This document shows positions 20,409 to 29,739 of a DNA stretch of 64,000 nt, one piece after another. Below the pieces are notes generated by a model. It saw nothing but the letters and a program-made list of their open reading frames with translations, had not been told where the DNA came from and made no database searches. Each line of letters begins with the position of its first letter. Position 1 is the first letter of the stretch. The translations under genes were made by a program, and so were the position numbers. Source of the stretch: Obrimoposthia wandeli (taxonomy: Eukaryota); NCBI GenBank assembly GCA_977020255.1, contig CDROCS010002890.1, positions 1 through 64,000 of the forward strand, in the 5' to 3' direction.

Positions 20409-20437
20409 TTGCACCAACCCACTAAACGTAATAAACT
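20409..20437 (+). promoter_or_regulatory. Terminase promoter with TAAACGTAA box
   Basis: TTGCAC-17-TAAACT; box at 20423-20431. Confidence 0.6.
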
Positions 20438-20465
20438 ATAGGTATAATTTAAGAGGATTTTACTA

Positions 20466-20873
20466 ATGGCAAGACCAAGCGAATATGGCAAAGAAGTCAT
20501 ACGCAAATCAAAAGAATACATAGACGAGTTTGACCTACCGCAAAGTGAACGTGAAGGCCGAATGAGTGAAGAGGTTATACCAACACTTGTTGGCTTATGT
20601 CGTTACATCGGCAGAGCAAGATCAACGGTTCATAAGTGGATTGGCGAAGAGGGGAAAGAAGCATTTTCGGACATTTGTAGTGAGATTGGCGAATTACAAG
20701 AGATAAAATTAGTCACTGGCGGCCTTGTTGGCGGCTGGAATCCACAAGTTACTAAGATGATATTAACCAAACACGGCTACTCTGATAAAGTTGAGCAAGA
20801 CCATACTTCGAGCGATGGCTCTATGGGTGCTAATGATTTAAAAATAACAGTGGTTGCACCTAAGTCAGAATGA
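20466..20873 (+). CDS. terS: Terminase small subunit (P22 gp3-like DNA-packaging protein)
   Basis: MARPSEY..., PTLVGLC..IG.ARST...W, GGWNPQVTK.IL; immediately upstream of terL. Confidence 0.85.
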   Translation: MARPSEYGKEVIRKSKEYIDEFDLPQSEREGRMSEEVIPTLVGLCRYIGRARSTVHKWIGEEGKEAFSDICSEIGELQEIKLVTGGLVGGWNPQVTKMILTKHGYSDKVEQDHTSSDGSMGANDLKITVVAPKSE

Positions 20874-22279
20874 ATTACGATGTAATAGAAAAATTATCTG
20901 CGCATGTTGATCTCGTTAATATCAATGAAAGAAAAACATTATTCACTGATGCTCGTTATCACATCATGCATGGTGGACGTGGTGGAGGTAAGTCTATGTT
21001 TGTTGAGAAGACCTTAGCTATTGAAGGCTATCTCTCCCCTAAGCGAATACTTTGCGCGCGTGAGATACAAAAATCTATAAGCGACTCCGTAATGGCTGGC
21101 CTTTGGGATTCTATTGTAGAGCTTGGTCTTGATGGCTTTTACACTAAAACTAAAACAGAGATCACCGGCGCTAACGGTACCAGGTTTATGTTTTACGGCT
21201 TAAGAACCAACATAACAAGTATAAAATCAATCAGTGGTATCGATTTTGTTTGGGCAGAAGAGGCCGAAGCAGTATCAAAGGATAGTTGGGAAACGTTAAT
21301 ACCATCAATTCGTGCCACTGGTAGTCGTATAATCGTCACATTCAACCCTAAAAACTTACTTGATGACACTTACCAGCGTTTCATAGTTAACCCGCCTGAA
21401 AGCTCTGTGATAACCAAAATCAATTGGATGGATAACCCATTCTTTCCTGAAGTACTGAACAAAGAGCGTTTAAATTTATTACGTGTTGATCCTGATCTTT
21501 ACTTGCATGTTTGGGAAGGCGAACCAGTAGCAGAAGGTCATTTATCTGTAATCAATCCTAAATGGATTCGAGCTGCTGTTGATTCTCATAAGAAATTAGA
21601 CTTTGAGGTTTGTGGCTTGAAGCGCATAGGCTTTGATATTGCTGATACTGGCGATAACTGCGTGACTATTGAATCACATGGCTCTGTATGTACTGGCTTG
21701 GCTGCATGGCGTGCTAGTGGTGATGAGCTACTGAAGAGTTGCGCCAAAGCATATAATTTGGCTTACACAACAAAAGCGGTGATTACTTATGATGTTTGTG
21801 GCATCGGTGCCAGTGCTGCGCCTAAGTTTAACGAATTGAATGAGCAGAATAATACCACCCAAGGTTATTCAAAGGTAGAATACAATAAGTTCAATGCAGG
21901 CAGTCGTGCGCTAACTAATGGTGAGGGCGAATATATGCCAGGCGTTACGCATAAAGACCATTTTGCCAATGCAAAAGCACAAGCATGGTGGTTGGTCGCT
22001 GATAGGTTTAGAAATACTTATGATGCGTTAATGAATGGAACTGAATACCCTGATAATGAGTTGATTAGTATATCAAGCGACTTGCCTGAACTTGATCAAC
22101 TGATAGCTGAATTAAGCCAGCCATGGAAAGATATTGATAACAATGGACGTGTTGCAGTTGAAAGTAAAAAGAAGCTAAGAGAGCGCGGTGTGCCTTCACC
22201 TGATAGGGCCGATGCATTTATCATGGCATTCTGTCCAGTCGAACAACCAGCCTCATCGATGTCGCTGATGTTTGGGTAA
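20870..22279 (+). CDS. terL: Terminase large subunit (PBSX/XtmB-type, headful-packaging group)
   Basis: HGGRGGGKS Walker A, CAREIQKSI, WAEEAE Walker B, FNP, GFDIAD nuclease, SPDRADA. Confidence 0.95.
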   Translation: MNYDVIEKLSAHVDLVNINERKTLFTDARYHIMHGGRGGGKSMFVEKTLAIEGYLSPKRILCAREIQKSISDSVMAGLWDSIVELGLDGFYTKTKTEITGANGTRFMFYGLRTNITSIKSISGIDFVWAEEAEAVSKDSWETLIPSIRATGSRIIVTFNPKNLLDDTYQRFIVNPPESSVITKINWMDNPFFPEVLNKERLNLLRVDPDLYLHVWEGEPVAEGHLSVINPKWIRAAVDSHKKLDFEVCGLKRIGFDIADTGDNCVTIESHGSVCTGLAAWRASGDELLKSCAKAYNLAYTTKAVITYDVCGIGASAAPKFNELNEQNNTTQGYSKVEYNKFNAGSRALTNGEGEYMPGVTHKDHFANAKAQAWWLVADRFRNTYDALMNGTEYPDNELISISSDLPELDQLIAELSQPWKDIDNNGRVAVESKKKLRERGVPSPDRADAFIMAFCPVEQPASSMSLMFG

Positions 22280-22342
22280 ATAAATATTGACTGTTGAGTT
22301 TGATTGATGTAGATTAGGTTTAAATTAATTAGGAGATATAAA

Positions 22343-22633
22343 ATGGTAAACGAAAAATTAAACAAATGGTTTGGACTGTCTTACGCTAGCTTTTTAACTT
22401 TGCCTCGGGTTCTTATGCAGGAAATGCCACAAGAGTAGCAAGAAGAAATGTCAAAATTGCTAAATGATTATGAGCAATCTTTCCCTAACCAGCCAGATAT
22501 GGAGTTAATAGTTACATTCAAGCAGAATAATAAATTCATCAAGGCACCTGAATATCTTGTTAATTATCGTAGACCTGACTTTGAAAAGATAAACGAATTA
22601 AAAGGGAAATATAATGGAAACAAAAGAGGGTAA
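22343..22633 (+). pseudogene. Small phage protein interrupted by an in-frame TAG (22436-22438)
   Basis: AGGAG SD, ATG 22343; MVNEKLNKWFGLSYASFLTLPRVLMQEMPQE*QEEMSKLLNDYEQ continues in frame. Confidence 0.55.
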
Positions 22634-22778
22634 GGCACTAAGAAAAATGATGGACGCAGCAAGGCTAATAGACGAAGCGCTTGAATTATTAGACAAGAAT
22701 AGCATCGCACAAAAGCCATTGACTGAAGCGTATGGTACTATATGTTTCGTTATAAATTTAGCTGCTGATAATGACTAA
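22614..22778 (+). CDS. Small hypothetical protein (54 aa)
   Basis: ATG with AAGGGA SD; overlaps the upstream gene end. Confidence 0.5.
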   Translation: METKEGKALRKMMDAARLIDEALELLDKNSIAQKPLTEAYGTICFVINLAADND

Positions 22779-22862
22779 ACAGCACTTGCATTGCGCTTAG
22801 TTGTGGGTTATATTTGTTTTGTTCTCACTAAAGTATGTATATCAGATAAGGAGTAAGTAGTT

Positions 22863-23042
22863 TTGATTAAAGTTATTTATTCCTTATTTGGGTTTGTTTG
22901 TTTTATATTTAAAATGTTTAAAGAAATCCTTGTTAGCGATTGCAACCGCGAAGAGGTACGTAAATCAGGAGCAGGACCACCAGCGAGTGGCACTCCATAC
23001 TGTCAACTTAAACCGAGATTCTTAAGGCTTCTTATGGATTAG
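22863..23042 (+). CDS. Putative small membrane-anchored protein (59 aa, TTG start)
   Basis: AAGGAG SD 9 nt upstream; hydrophobic N-terminus IKVIYSLFGFVCFIF; upstream promoter TTGCAT-17-TATATT (22786-22814) and downstream terminator. Confidence 0.4.
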   Translation: MIKVIYSLFGFVCFIFKMFKEILVSDCNREEVRKSGAGPPASGTPYCQLKPRFLRLLMD

Positions 23043-23056
23043 TTGCAAAAACCTTT

Positions 23057-23078
23057 AACCGCTTAATTGCGGTTTTCT
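23057..23078 (+). terminator. Intrinsic terminator
   Basis: AACCGC-TTAATT-GCGGTT followed by TTCT. Confidence 0.6.
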
Positions 23079-23170
23079 GGTGCATATATTTGTCATCTTT
23101 CGATTTACTTCGGTTAGTTGGCGTAGGATTAAATACTGAGAATATTTGATTGCTACAACAGGAAACTATT

Positions 23171-23220
23171 TATGGCTAGGCTTAGCGGCTGAAAGTGAGC
23201 ATCAGTAACTCATTGCCATG
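23171..23220 (+). ncRNA. Three-helix structured RNA element E2 upstream of HNH gene
   Basis: P1 ATGGC/GCCAT; P2 GGCT-TAGC-GGCT; P3 AGTGAG-[CATCAGTAA]-CTCATT. The loop is complementary to TTACTGA (23229-23235). Confidence 0.75.
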
Positions 23221-23259
23221 AATCTTATTTACTGACTATTCTTAACTGGAGAATAAATC

Positions 23260-23835
23260 ATGATCACACAAGATCAGCTGAAAACCCTACTAACATATAA
23301 CCCTAATACAGGGCTGTTCACTTGGAATTACCGAGGAAAAGATTGGTTTAAGCCATCAAGAACAGGTAATCAATATAAAACATGGAATAATAAATTTAAC
23401 GGTAAGATAGCAGGCGTAACCATAAGCTCGAAAGGGAAAAACTACTCAATAATTCAACTTAGGGTGTCCAGTAAAGGCGCGCCAATTAGGCTTAGAGCGC
23501 ACAGGCTAGCTTGGCTTTACGTGTATGGTGAATGGCCTAAAGAAGAGATAGATCACATCGATGGTAGCGGATTGAATAACGCAATATTAAATTTGCGCGA
23601 TGTAAGCAGAACTGAAAATATGAGAAACATGAGAAAGCCATCAAGCAACACATCAGGGCATACTGGTGTCCATAAAGAAAAATCGACAGGGAAGTTTGAG
23701 GCACACATAAGTAAAAATAATAAAAAGGTAAGTTTAGGTAGGTTTAGTGATATAGAGGACGCAATAAAAGCAAGATCACGCGCAGAGGTGACTATGGGAT
23801 ACCACAAGAACCACGGGACAGACAGGCCGTTATAA
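23260..23835 (+). CDS. HNH homing endonuclease (HNH_3 + AP2-like domain)
   Basis: L.Y.P.TG.F.W, AHRLAWLYVYGEWP..EIDHIDG..LNNAILNLR, NTSGHTGV. Confidence 0.93.
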   Translation: MITQDQLKTLLTYNPNTGLFTWNYRGKDWFKPSRTGNQYKTWNNKFNGKIAGVTISSKGKNYSIIQLRVSSKGAPIRLRAHRLAWLYVYGEWPKEEIDHIDGSGLNNAILNLRDVSRTENMRNMRKPSSNTSGHTGVHKEKSTGKFEAHISKNNKKVSLGRFSDIEDAIKARSRAEVTMGYHKNHGTDRPL

Positions 23836-23886
23836 TATAGATAAGACATATGATACAATAGCCCTATACATTATACGGGGCTATTT

Positions 23887-25572
23887 ATGCTTAAAAAATT
23901 AATCCGCTGTAACACGCAAGTTGCCACAGCGAACATGTCAAAAAAGAACATGTATGTCGGCAGGGTGAATAATAAAACCCTTCACGCTGAATACTATGTC
24001 ATAGAAGGTGTTACTCATATGATTCGCGGTGGCGTGATGAATGGATGGCAATATGGCAATAAGGTATTCGACAAGCTAGCTGACCACCTGATGACTTCTA
24101 ATATTCGCGTTCCAGCGCCAATGTCTCACCCTAGCGATGAAAACGGTAATTTTGTTGATGCAAATGACCCGATAACATTCCCAGCACATAACGTTGGCGC
24201 ATTCGATACAGATTGGCGAGTAAGTGGTGACAAGCTAGTTTCAAATACTTACGTTCCAGTGGATACAATTGACAACCCTAAGGCTGGAAATGAATGGTTC
24301 TCAGACAAAGTTAACAATTCATTACCAATAGACCGATCTACCGGGCTGTTTTTGAATATTGATGATTCAATTACAGGATTTGGTGCTGATGGTGAGCCAT
24401 TCAATGGTGACGTAACAGAGATATTTGAGCTTAATCACTCAGCCATTCTAAACCCTGATATTGAGCCAGGCGCTAAAAACAACACTGAAGGCTGTGGCAT
24501 GTTCTGCAATGTCAAAGGGGATCAAGCTGAAATCGAAGAGTTTGATTTACTCGTCAACGCATCAACGCCAGCCATGCAACTTCCATTGGCACCAGACAAT
24601 TACGCTTGGTCAATGAGCAAGGCAATCGTTAACATTCGTGAATTTACAGGCTCAAATGAAGCACCATCATCTAACTATCGCAAATTCTTCTTAGAGTTCG
24701 ATCAAGATGATGTGAATAACTTTGAAGCGTATAAGTATCCATTCGCTGACATTATCGACGGTAAACCCCATGCGGTTAGAATGCCAGTTACTTCGATGAA
24801 AGACACTAGCGAACATGCAATGACTTATTTTGATCGATTTGAAGCTGATGGCGATCAAACAGGATTGATGAATAAGATTTGGTCAGGTATTAAATCAATA
24901 TTCACCAACGAATTAAGCCACAGTGATATCCACGAGAAGCTATACAAAAAGCTAAATGAGCATAGACAACCAGACCAAGAAAGTTTCTACCCGTATGACG
25001 TTTATGACACCTATTTTGTATATCGCGGGGATAATGATAAACTATACAAGCAAGGTTATACTTTGACTGATGAAGTTATTTATTTTAATGATATGGCAAC
25101 AGAAGTTAAACGTACAACTGAATACACTCAAGTTTTTAACAACAAGTCGGAGTCCATAATGGATAAAGCAAAACTTATCGCCCTACTGGCTGCTAATGGA
25201 ATTACAGCTAACGCTGAAATGTCAGATGCAGACCTTGAAGCGGCACTGAATACGGCGCTTAGCGATAAGCCTGCCGAAACCGTGGTGGATACCGCGACTA
25301 ACGACCAAATTGTTGCATTAACTGCAACTGTTAATTCGTTGGCAGCTACAGTATTGGCTACATCAAACAAAGAACTCGACACCTCAGTCGCTGCAGTAGT
25401 AGCCCTGAATAAAGGTATCGACGAAGCCACAGCAAAAACAATGGGCTTAGCCTCTTGCAATGCTTTTTTAGCGGCTAACGGTCAATCAGCATTTAGTGTT
25501 AATAGTGGTCAGCATCAAGCGCCAGCTAAAAGTGATTGTGCATCCCTTGAAATGACTGAACAGGAGCTTTAA
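23887..25572 (+). CDS. Prohead protease/scaffold protein (T1-like), with an inserted domain
   Basis: MSHP...G.FVDA.DP, RSTGL, LNHSAIL..EPGA.....GCGMFCN motifs; C-terminal scaffold-like helical region; lies upstream of the decoration and capsid genes. Confidence 0.8.
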   Translation: MLKKLIRCNTQVATANMSKKNMYVGRVNNKTLHAEYYVIEGVTHMIRGGVMNGWQYGNKVFDKLADHLMTSNIRVPAPMSHPSDENGNFVDANDPITFPAHNVGAFDTDWRVSGDKLVSNTYVPVDTIDNPKAGNEWFSDKVNNSLPIDRSTGLFLNIDDSITGFGADGEPFNGDVTEIFELNHSAILNPDIEPGAKNNTEGCGMFCNVKGDQAEIEEFDLLVNASTPAMQLPLAPDNYAWSMSKAIVNIREFTGSNEAPSSNYRKFFLEFDQDDVNNFEAYKYPFADIIDGKPHAVRMPVTSMKDTSEHAMTYFDRFEADGDQTGLMNKIWSGIKSIFTNELSHSDIHEKLYKKLNEHRQPDQESFYPYDVYDTYFVYRGDNDKLYKQGYTLTDEVIYFNDMATEVKRTTEYTQVFNNKSESIMDKAKLIALLAANGITANAEMSDADLEAALNTALSDKPAETVVDTATNDQIVALTATVNSLAATVLATSNKELDTSVAAVVALNKGIDEATAKTMGLASCNAFLAANGQSAFSVNSGQHQAPAKSDCASLEMTEQEL

Positions 25573-25574
25573 TC

Positions 25575-26018
25575 ATGGCTATTAAAGGAAAGCGCTTAAT
25601 CTTTTGTGATGAATGCACCTTACCAACACAAGAAGGTGAAGCATTACAAAACGATATTTTACCTGGTATGGCTGTTAAATATACCGCACTTGGTTTACAA
25701 AAAGATGCTACAGCAGCAACTGTCTTTGGCGCTCAACCGCTGGTGGCTGATTATGCTATGCTATCTGCAGGCACTGTTGATGATGCATGGACTCTTAACG
25801 AGAACATGATTTCGCGTCAAGTTGAGTCGGGTAAACGAGCCAATGTGTTAGTCGTTGATGGTAATAACATTCTTTTCATTGGCACCCCGGTTACTCGTGA
25901 TGGCACTGGCAAGTTCCGTATTGCTTTAACTGATGGCACAGAAGACATCGTTGCTGTTGCTGACGAAATTATTAACGTATCTGGTGCTGATGCACTTGTA
26001 CGCGTACGAGGTATTTAA
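25575..26018 (+). CDS. Head decoration/cement protein
   Basis: 147 aa between the protease and the MCP; EG.A...ILPG motif. Confidence 0.7.
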   Translation: MAIKGKRLIFCDECTLPTQEGEALQNDILPGMAVKYTALGLQKDATAATVFGAQPLVADYAMLSAGTVDDAWTLNENMISRQVESGKRANVLVVDGNNILFIGTPVTRDGTGKFRIALTDGTEDIVAVADEIINVSGADALVRVRGI

Positions 26019-26020
26019 TT

Positions 26021-27076
26021 ATGATGATTTTTAATAAGTCATTAGCGAATGGCAACGCACAAATTTTACGTGTAATGAACGGCCAGTATTCTGCTGTTAA
26101 CTCATGGCGCGACGATCCTCGTCATGCTTTGAACCCAGCTATGTTTGCTAACGCCGGTCAATCACCATTAGATTTGTATCGCGAATGGGATAACCAAACC
26201 GTTACGGAATTCCGCCTTGATGAAGGTGATAATATTCTTAACCGTTTAATGCCTTTGGCTCGAAGCTTACCAATTGGCCGCACAGTACTTGAAAATGCAC
26301 GTGCATCTGATAACGGTAGTTTTCAACAGTCTATGACGGGCGAGCATGGTTCAGTTTTCGATAATACCGATTACGACACTGATGGAACAATTGTTCCAGT
26401 AAGCTCAAACGGCTTTAAACGTAACTGGCGTGAAGGCGAGCAATTATCATTAGAACAATTTGATGATGCATCTATCCAGCAAAGTGAAGCGGTCCGTACT
26501 CATCGTCAAGGTGTTATCGGTTCATTCATGGACGGCCATCGTGATAAGTCAGGCATTCTGATCAAAGAAAAAGGTTTAGTTTGGGCTGGTGTTCGTGCTG
26601 ATGCTCGTGTAGATCAAATTGATTTAGGCGGCGGTGGTTTAAATGTTGATTTCACATCAGCAGCAACTACCGGCGAAGATTTCCGTAACGCTTGGATCGC
26701 AATGAGCGAGCAACGTTACATTACTAACAAAGTTACAGCTCCGGCTACGTTCTTTGTCTCTAATGAAATCTATTTCAACATGGCGCGTAAGTACTCAACT
26801 AACTATAACTCAGGTTCAATCTTAGATAATCTAATGACTGTGCCAGGTGTTGCAGGTATTGAAACAAGCTCTGTATTGACTGGCAATCAGGTGTTATCAA
26901 TGCCTATGTCTAGTACTTACATTCAGCCGTTGGTTGGCATGGGTGTTTCTACTATTGCTTGTCCTCGCTTAGCTTGGAATGCTCCGTTTGCATTCGAAAC
27001 TGTCTCAGCTATTGGTTGGAATGTTAAAACTGACTTTGGTTCAACTAACCGCGCTGTGCAATACGCATCAAGCTAA
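26021..27076 (+). CDS. Major capsid protein (T1-like HK97 fold)
   Basis: 351 aa; C-terminal IQPLVGMGVSTIACPR...F.F..VSA.G resembles T1-like MCPs. Confidence 0.88.
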   Translation: MMIFNKSLANGNAQILRVMNGQYSAVNSWRDDPRHALNPAMFANAGQSPLDLYREWDNQTVTEFRLDEGDNILNRLMPLARSLPIGRTVLENARASDNGSFQQSMTGEHGSVFDNTDYDTDGTIVPVSSNGFKRNWREGEQLSLEQFDDASIQQSEAVRTHRQGVIGSFMDGHRDKSGILIKEKGLVWAGVRADARVDQIDLGGGGLNVDFTSAATTGEDFRNAWIAMSEQRYITNKVTAPATFFVSNEIYFNMARKYSTNYNSGSILDNLMTVPGVAGIETSSVLTGNQVLSMPMSSTYIQPLVGMGVSTIACPRLAWNAPFAFETVSAIGWNVKTDFGSTNRAVQYASS

Positions 27077-27085
27077 GGATAAATA

Positions 27086-27334
27086 ATGGCTAAGAAAAAT
27101 TACGTTATTTTACTTACTGGCTCGTATGGTAAACGCGGCGAACTCGTTGAATTAGACTTAGGCAAGGACGGTCTTTCAGATCGTCAAGCGCTTATGTTAA
27201 AAGAATACGAGAAGCCAGTTGCTAAAGCTGACGAATCAAAGCAGCTTAAAGATCTAACGGCGCAAGTTAAAGCTCTTGAGATAGCTAACAAAGAATTAAC
27301 GGAAGCTAATTCAGCGTTAACTAAAACAAAGTAA
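27086..27334 (+). CDS. Hypothetical protein (post-capsid coiled coil)
   Basis: 82 aa with AAGGA SD. Confidence 0.7.
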   Translation: MAKKNYVILLTGSYGKRGELVELDLGKDGLSDRQALMLKEYEKPVAKADESKQLKDLTAQVKALEIANKELTEANSALTKTK

Positions 27335-27347
27335 TAAAGTGCTAATT

Positions 27348-27372
27348 AATAGCCATTCATAGAGTGGCTATT
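27348..27372 (+). terminator. Hairpin/terminator after the capsid operon
   Basis: AATAGCCAT/GTGGCTATT stem. Confidence 0.55.
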
Positions 27373-27401
27373 GTAGAGTATTTTAAATCAAAGGAATCAA
27401 A

Positions 27402-27674
27402 ATGGCTGACACATTACCAAACGTACCGACACCACCAGGGGTTTGGGTTGATCTATATGCAGCTACAGGCATCATTGTTGGCACTCAAATATCAATACAA
27501 AACTTAGGCTCGAATGTATTATTCTTACATGCTGGACCTGATGTCCCAACCAATTCAGACGGATTTAAACGCCTACCTTCTTTTCGTGAAGCTATCAATA
27601 TGGATGGCGACACTGGCGCATGGGTACTATCTAAGGTTGTGGAAAACATTGTAAACGTTGCGGTAGTAGCTTAA
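27402..27674 (+). CDS. Putative virion structural protein (GVWVDLYA domain)
   Basis: Paralogous to the N-terminus of 28687-29712. Confidence 0.65.
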   Translation: MADTLPNVPTPPGVWVDLYAATGIIVGTQISIQNLGSNVLFLHAGPDVPTNSDGFKRLPSFREAINMDGDTGAWVLSKVVENIVNVAVVA

Positions 27675-28366
27675 TGACTTGGCGAGTTTTTATGGAAGAT
27701 AATGCCATCATTGGAGATTTTGGGGGTGGCGCAGAGACTCGGTATTTTATTGATTTAGACCCTATACTGAAAAGCTATTACCAACTAGCAACACCAGTGA
27801 CATACACGTCCGAATGCACTGACTCTTTTAAGTTTAGATCTTTAAGCACAAGTACAATGCTTGTGATTGGTACAGGGTCTAGTCCAGAAAGGTTTTACGT
27901 GGGATTTGAAAGCGGAAGGTTGTTAGTGGGCAATGGCGTTAATAGAGTCGTTGATAGTCTTCAGGTTAATGATGGTAAAATTCACGAACTTGTATGGACT
28001 ATCTCAGGTGGTGTATTTTCTGTTGATATAGATGGTAACACTCGATATTCAGAAGCACTCTCCGCTACGCTACCAAAAATTATAACTGATTTCGGTAGGG
28101 CAGATAGTAGCGATTCATTCTATTTTAACGGTATATTATCTTACCGAAAGGTGGTTGATAATACGGGGCCAGTAGTAACGACAACATTTAAACTTGATAA
28201 ACCTACGGGTAATAGTGAACCATCAACTGAGGGTAATAACACTTTAACTTACGTAAACATACCTGAGTCAAACAGAGAGCTATACCAACTTAGTGAAGAC
28301 AAAACACAGTGGGATAACATAAGCCCTCCTGTACAAGTATTACCGGCAATTATAGAGGTAGCTTAA
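27674..28366 (+). CDS. Putative concanavalin A/LamG-like beta-sandwich virion protein
   Basis: VNDGKIHELVWTI.GG.F.VDIDG...FGR...FYFNGIL pattern. Confidence 0.55.
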   Translation: MTWRVFMEDNAIIGDFGGGAETRYFIDLDPILKSYYQLATPVTYTSECTDSFKFRSLSTSTMLVIGTGSSPERFYVGFESGRLLVGNGVNRVVDSLQVNDGKIHELVWTISGGVFSVDIDGNTRYSEALSATLPKIITDFGRADSSDSFYFNGILSYRKVVDNTGPVVTTTFKLDKPTGNSEPSTEGNNTLTYVNIPESNRELYQLSEDKTQWDNISPPVQVLPAIIEVA

Positions 28367-28672
28367 ATGAATTATTATTACTCAATGCACAAAGACTTTG
28401 CTGAGCCATTAACAGACATGTATGAACACGCAGCATTGCATGGTGATTTCTATGTAATAGGTGAAATGCCAAAGGATTTTGACGGCGAAACACTGCCACT
28501 ATATGAAGCTGGATTAGATGAATCTGGTGAAACTGGCGTGACACCTGAACAGCTAAAAGCGCTTGTTGATTCAAAGCTAGCTGAAGTTCATATTGGAAAA
28601 TTAATCATAATGACAAAACCACAGGGTAGATGGTTACAGGCCAATCACCCAGCATTTACTAGTCCAGCATAA
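28367..28672 (+). CDS. Hypothetical protein
   Basis: 101-aa ORF coupled within the block. Confidence 0.65.
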   Translation: MNYYYSMHKDFAEPLTDMYEHAALHGDFYVIGEMPKDFDGETLPLYEAGLDESGETGVTPEQLKALVDSKLAEVHIGKLIIMTKPQGRWLQANHPAFTSPA

Positions 28673-28686
28673 GACAGGCCCAACAA

Positions 28687-29712
28687 ATGCCAGAAACATT
28701 AAAAAACATAAAACTAATAAAAGGCGTATGGGTCGATCTATACGCTGAAGCAGGCATTGCGGTTGGCACTCAATTAACTGTTGAGAATCTTACGCAATAC
28801 CCGATAAAATTATACAGTGGTGCGACTGTTCCGTTTGGTGCTGAAAAGGATAGTGACTCAGGTTATTTTATTCGTGCGATAGGTTATGCTGTGGTATTGG
28901 ATGGTGCGGGTGATGAAGGCTTATGGGCTTACTCTGACATACTTGACGGACTAGTTAATGTTAGCGATGCATCATTAGAAGGCAGCATTAAAAACGGCGG
29001 TGTACCTCTTGATGTAACCCGTAAGCTAAGAATTGAAGGGCATCGTGTTAATGTGGGCGGCGGCAGTATTTGGAATGACATTTGGGAAGGTGGCGCAGTA
29101 AGAATACCTGAACCAAATCAAATAACAGGTGAGCAATTGCAGGTGGTAAGTAGTAGCGGGAACGATGCTATTGCTGGTACTGGCGCGCAACGCGTAAGAA
29201 TTGATTATATTGCAGGCGGAATACTAACCTTTGAAGAGTTAGATTTAAACGGCACAACGCCAGTATTAACCGTTGCTACAGGCATTACTGATATTATTGA
29301 TTTTCATAGCGTTCAAGTTGGCACGCTAGAAGTTGCTGCTGGTGATGTCGATATTACTGAAAAAGATAACGATTCACTTATTTTTAATAGGATTGCTGTT
29401 GGCGGTAATAAGTCGATGAGTACCTTGCGACATTTATTGCCTGAAAGTACATTTTACATTACTGATTTAGTGTTAAGTGGCGACACAAAAGGCACTGAAA
29501 TTATTTTACGCAGTGACTCGACCGATAATGGTATAGTTTACCCAGGTGTTTATTTATTTAACGTACCTGTTACGATGACCGACGCACCTGCAGTTATACG
29601 ATTTGATCCAGCGCTAGAAATACCCGGCTCGGCACGTGTGAAAGTATCAGCTCGTGCAAGCGCGCAAGGCAATACAGTTTCAGTATTTATTAACGGTTGG
29701 GTTAAGGTTTAA
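28687..29712 (+). CDS. Putative virion structural/appendage protein
   Basis: N-terminal GVWVDLYA domain plus a beta-rich C-terminal region (IWEGG...VVSSSGNDAIAGTGA). Confidence 0.65.
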   Translation: MPETLKNIKLIKGVWVDLYAEAGIAVGTQLTVENLTQYPIKLYSGATVPFGAEKDSDSGYFIRAIGYAVVLDGAGDEGLWAYSDILDGLVNVSDASLEGSIKNGGVPLDVTRKLRIEGHRVNVGGGSIWNDIWEGGAVRIPEPNQITGEQLQVVSSSGNDAIAGTGAQRVRIDYIAGGILTFEELDLNGTTPVLTVATGITDIIDFHSVQVGTLEVAAGDVDITEKDNDSLIFNRIAVGGNKSMSTLRHLLPESTFYITDLVLSGDTKGTEIILRSDSTDNGIVYPGVYLFNVPVTMTDAPAVIRFDPALEIPGSARVKVSARASAQGNTVSVFINGWVKV

Positions 29713-29739
29713 ATCACAACAACAAATTAGGATAACAAC

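Noticed and set aside
22436-22438. TAG recoding (alternative genetic code)
   Set aside because: Long genes are open under the standard code and TAG ends real genes (e.g. 34874, 47409); a single case is not enough.
22780-23170. tRNA genes in the post-terminase gap
   Set aside because: No cloverleaf with a T-loop GTTCRA or acceptor stem found by eye; a small ORF plus terminator explains the region better.
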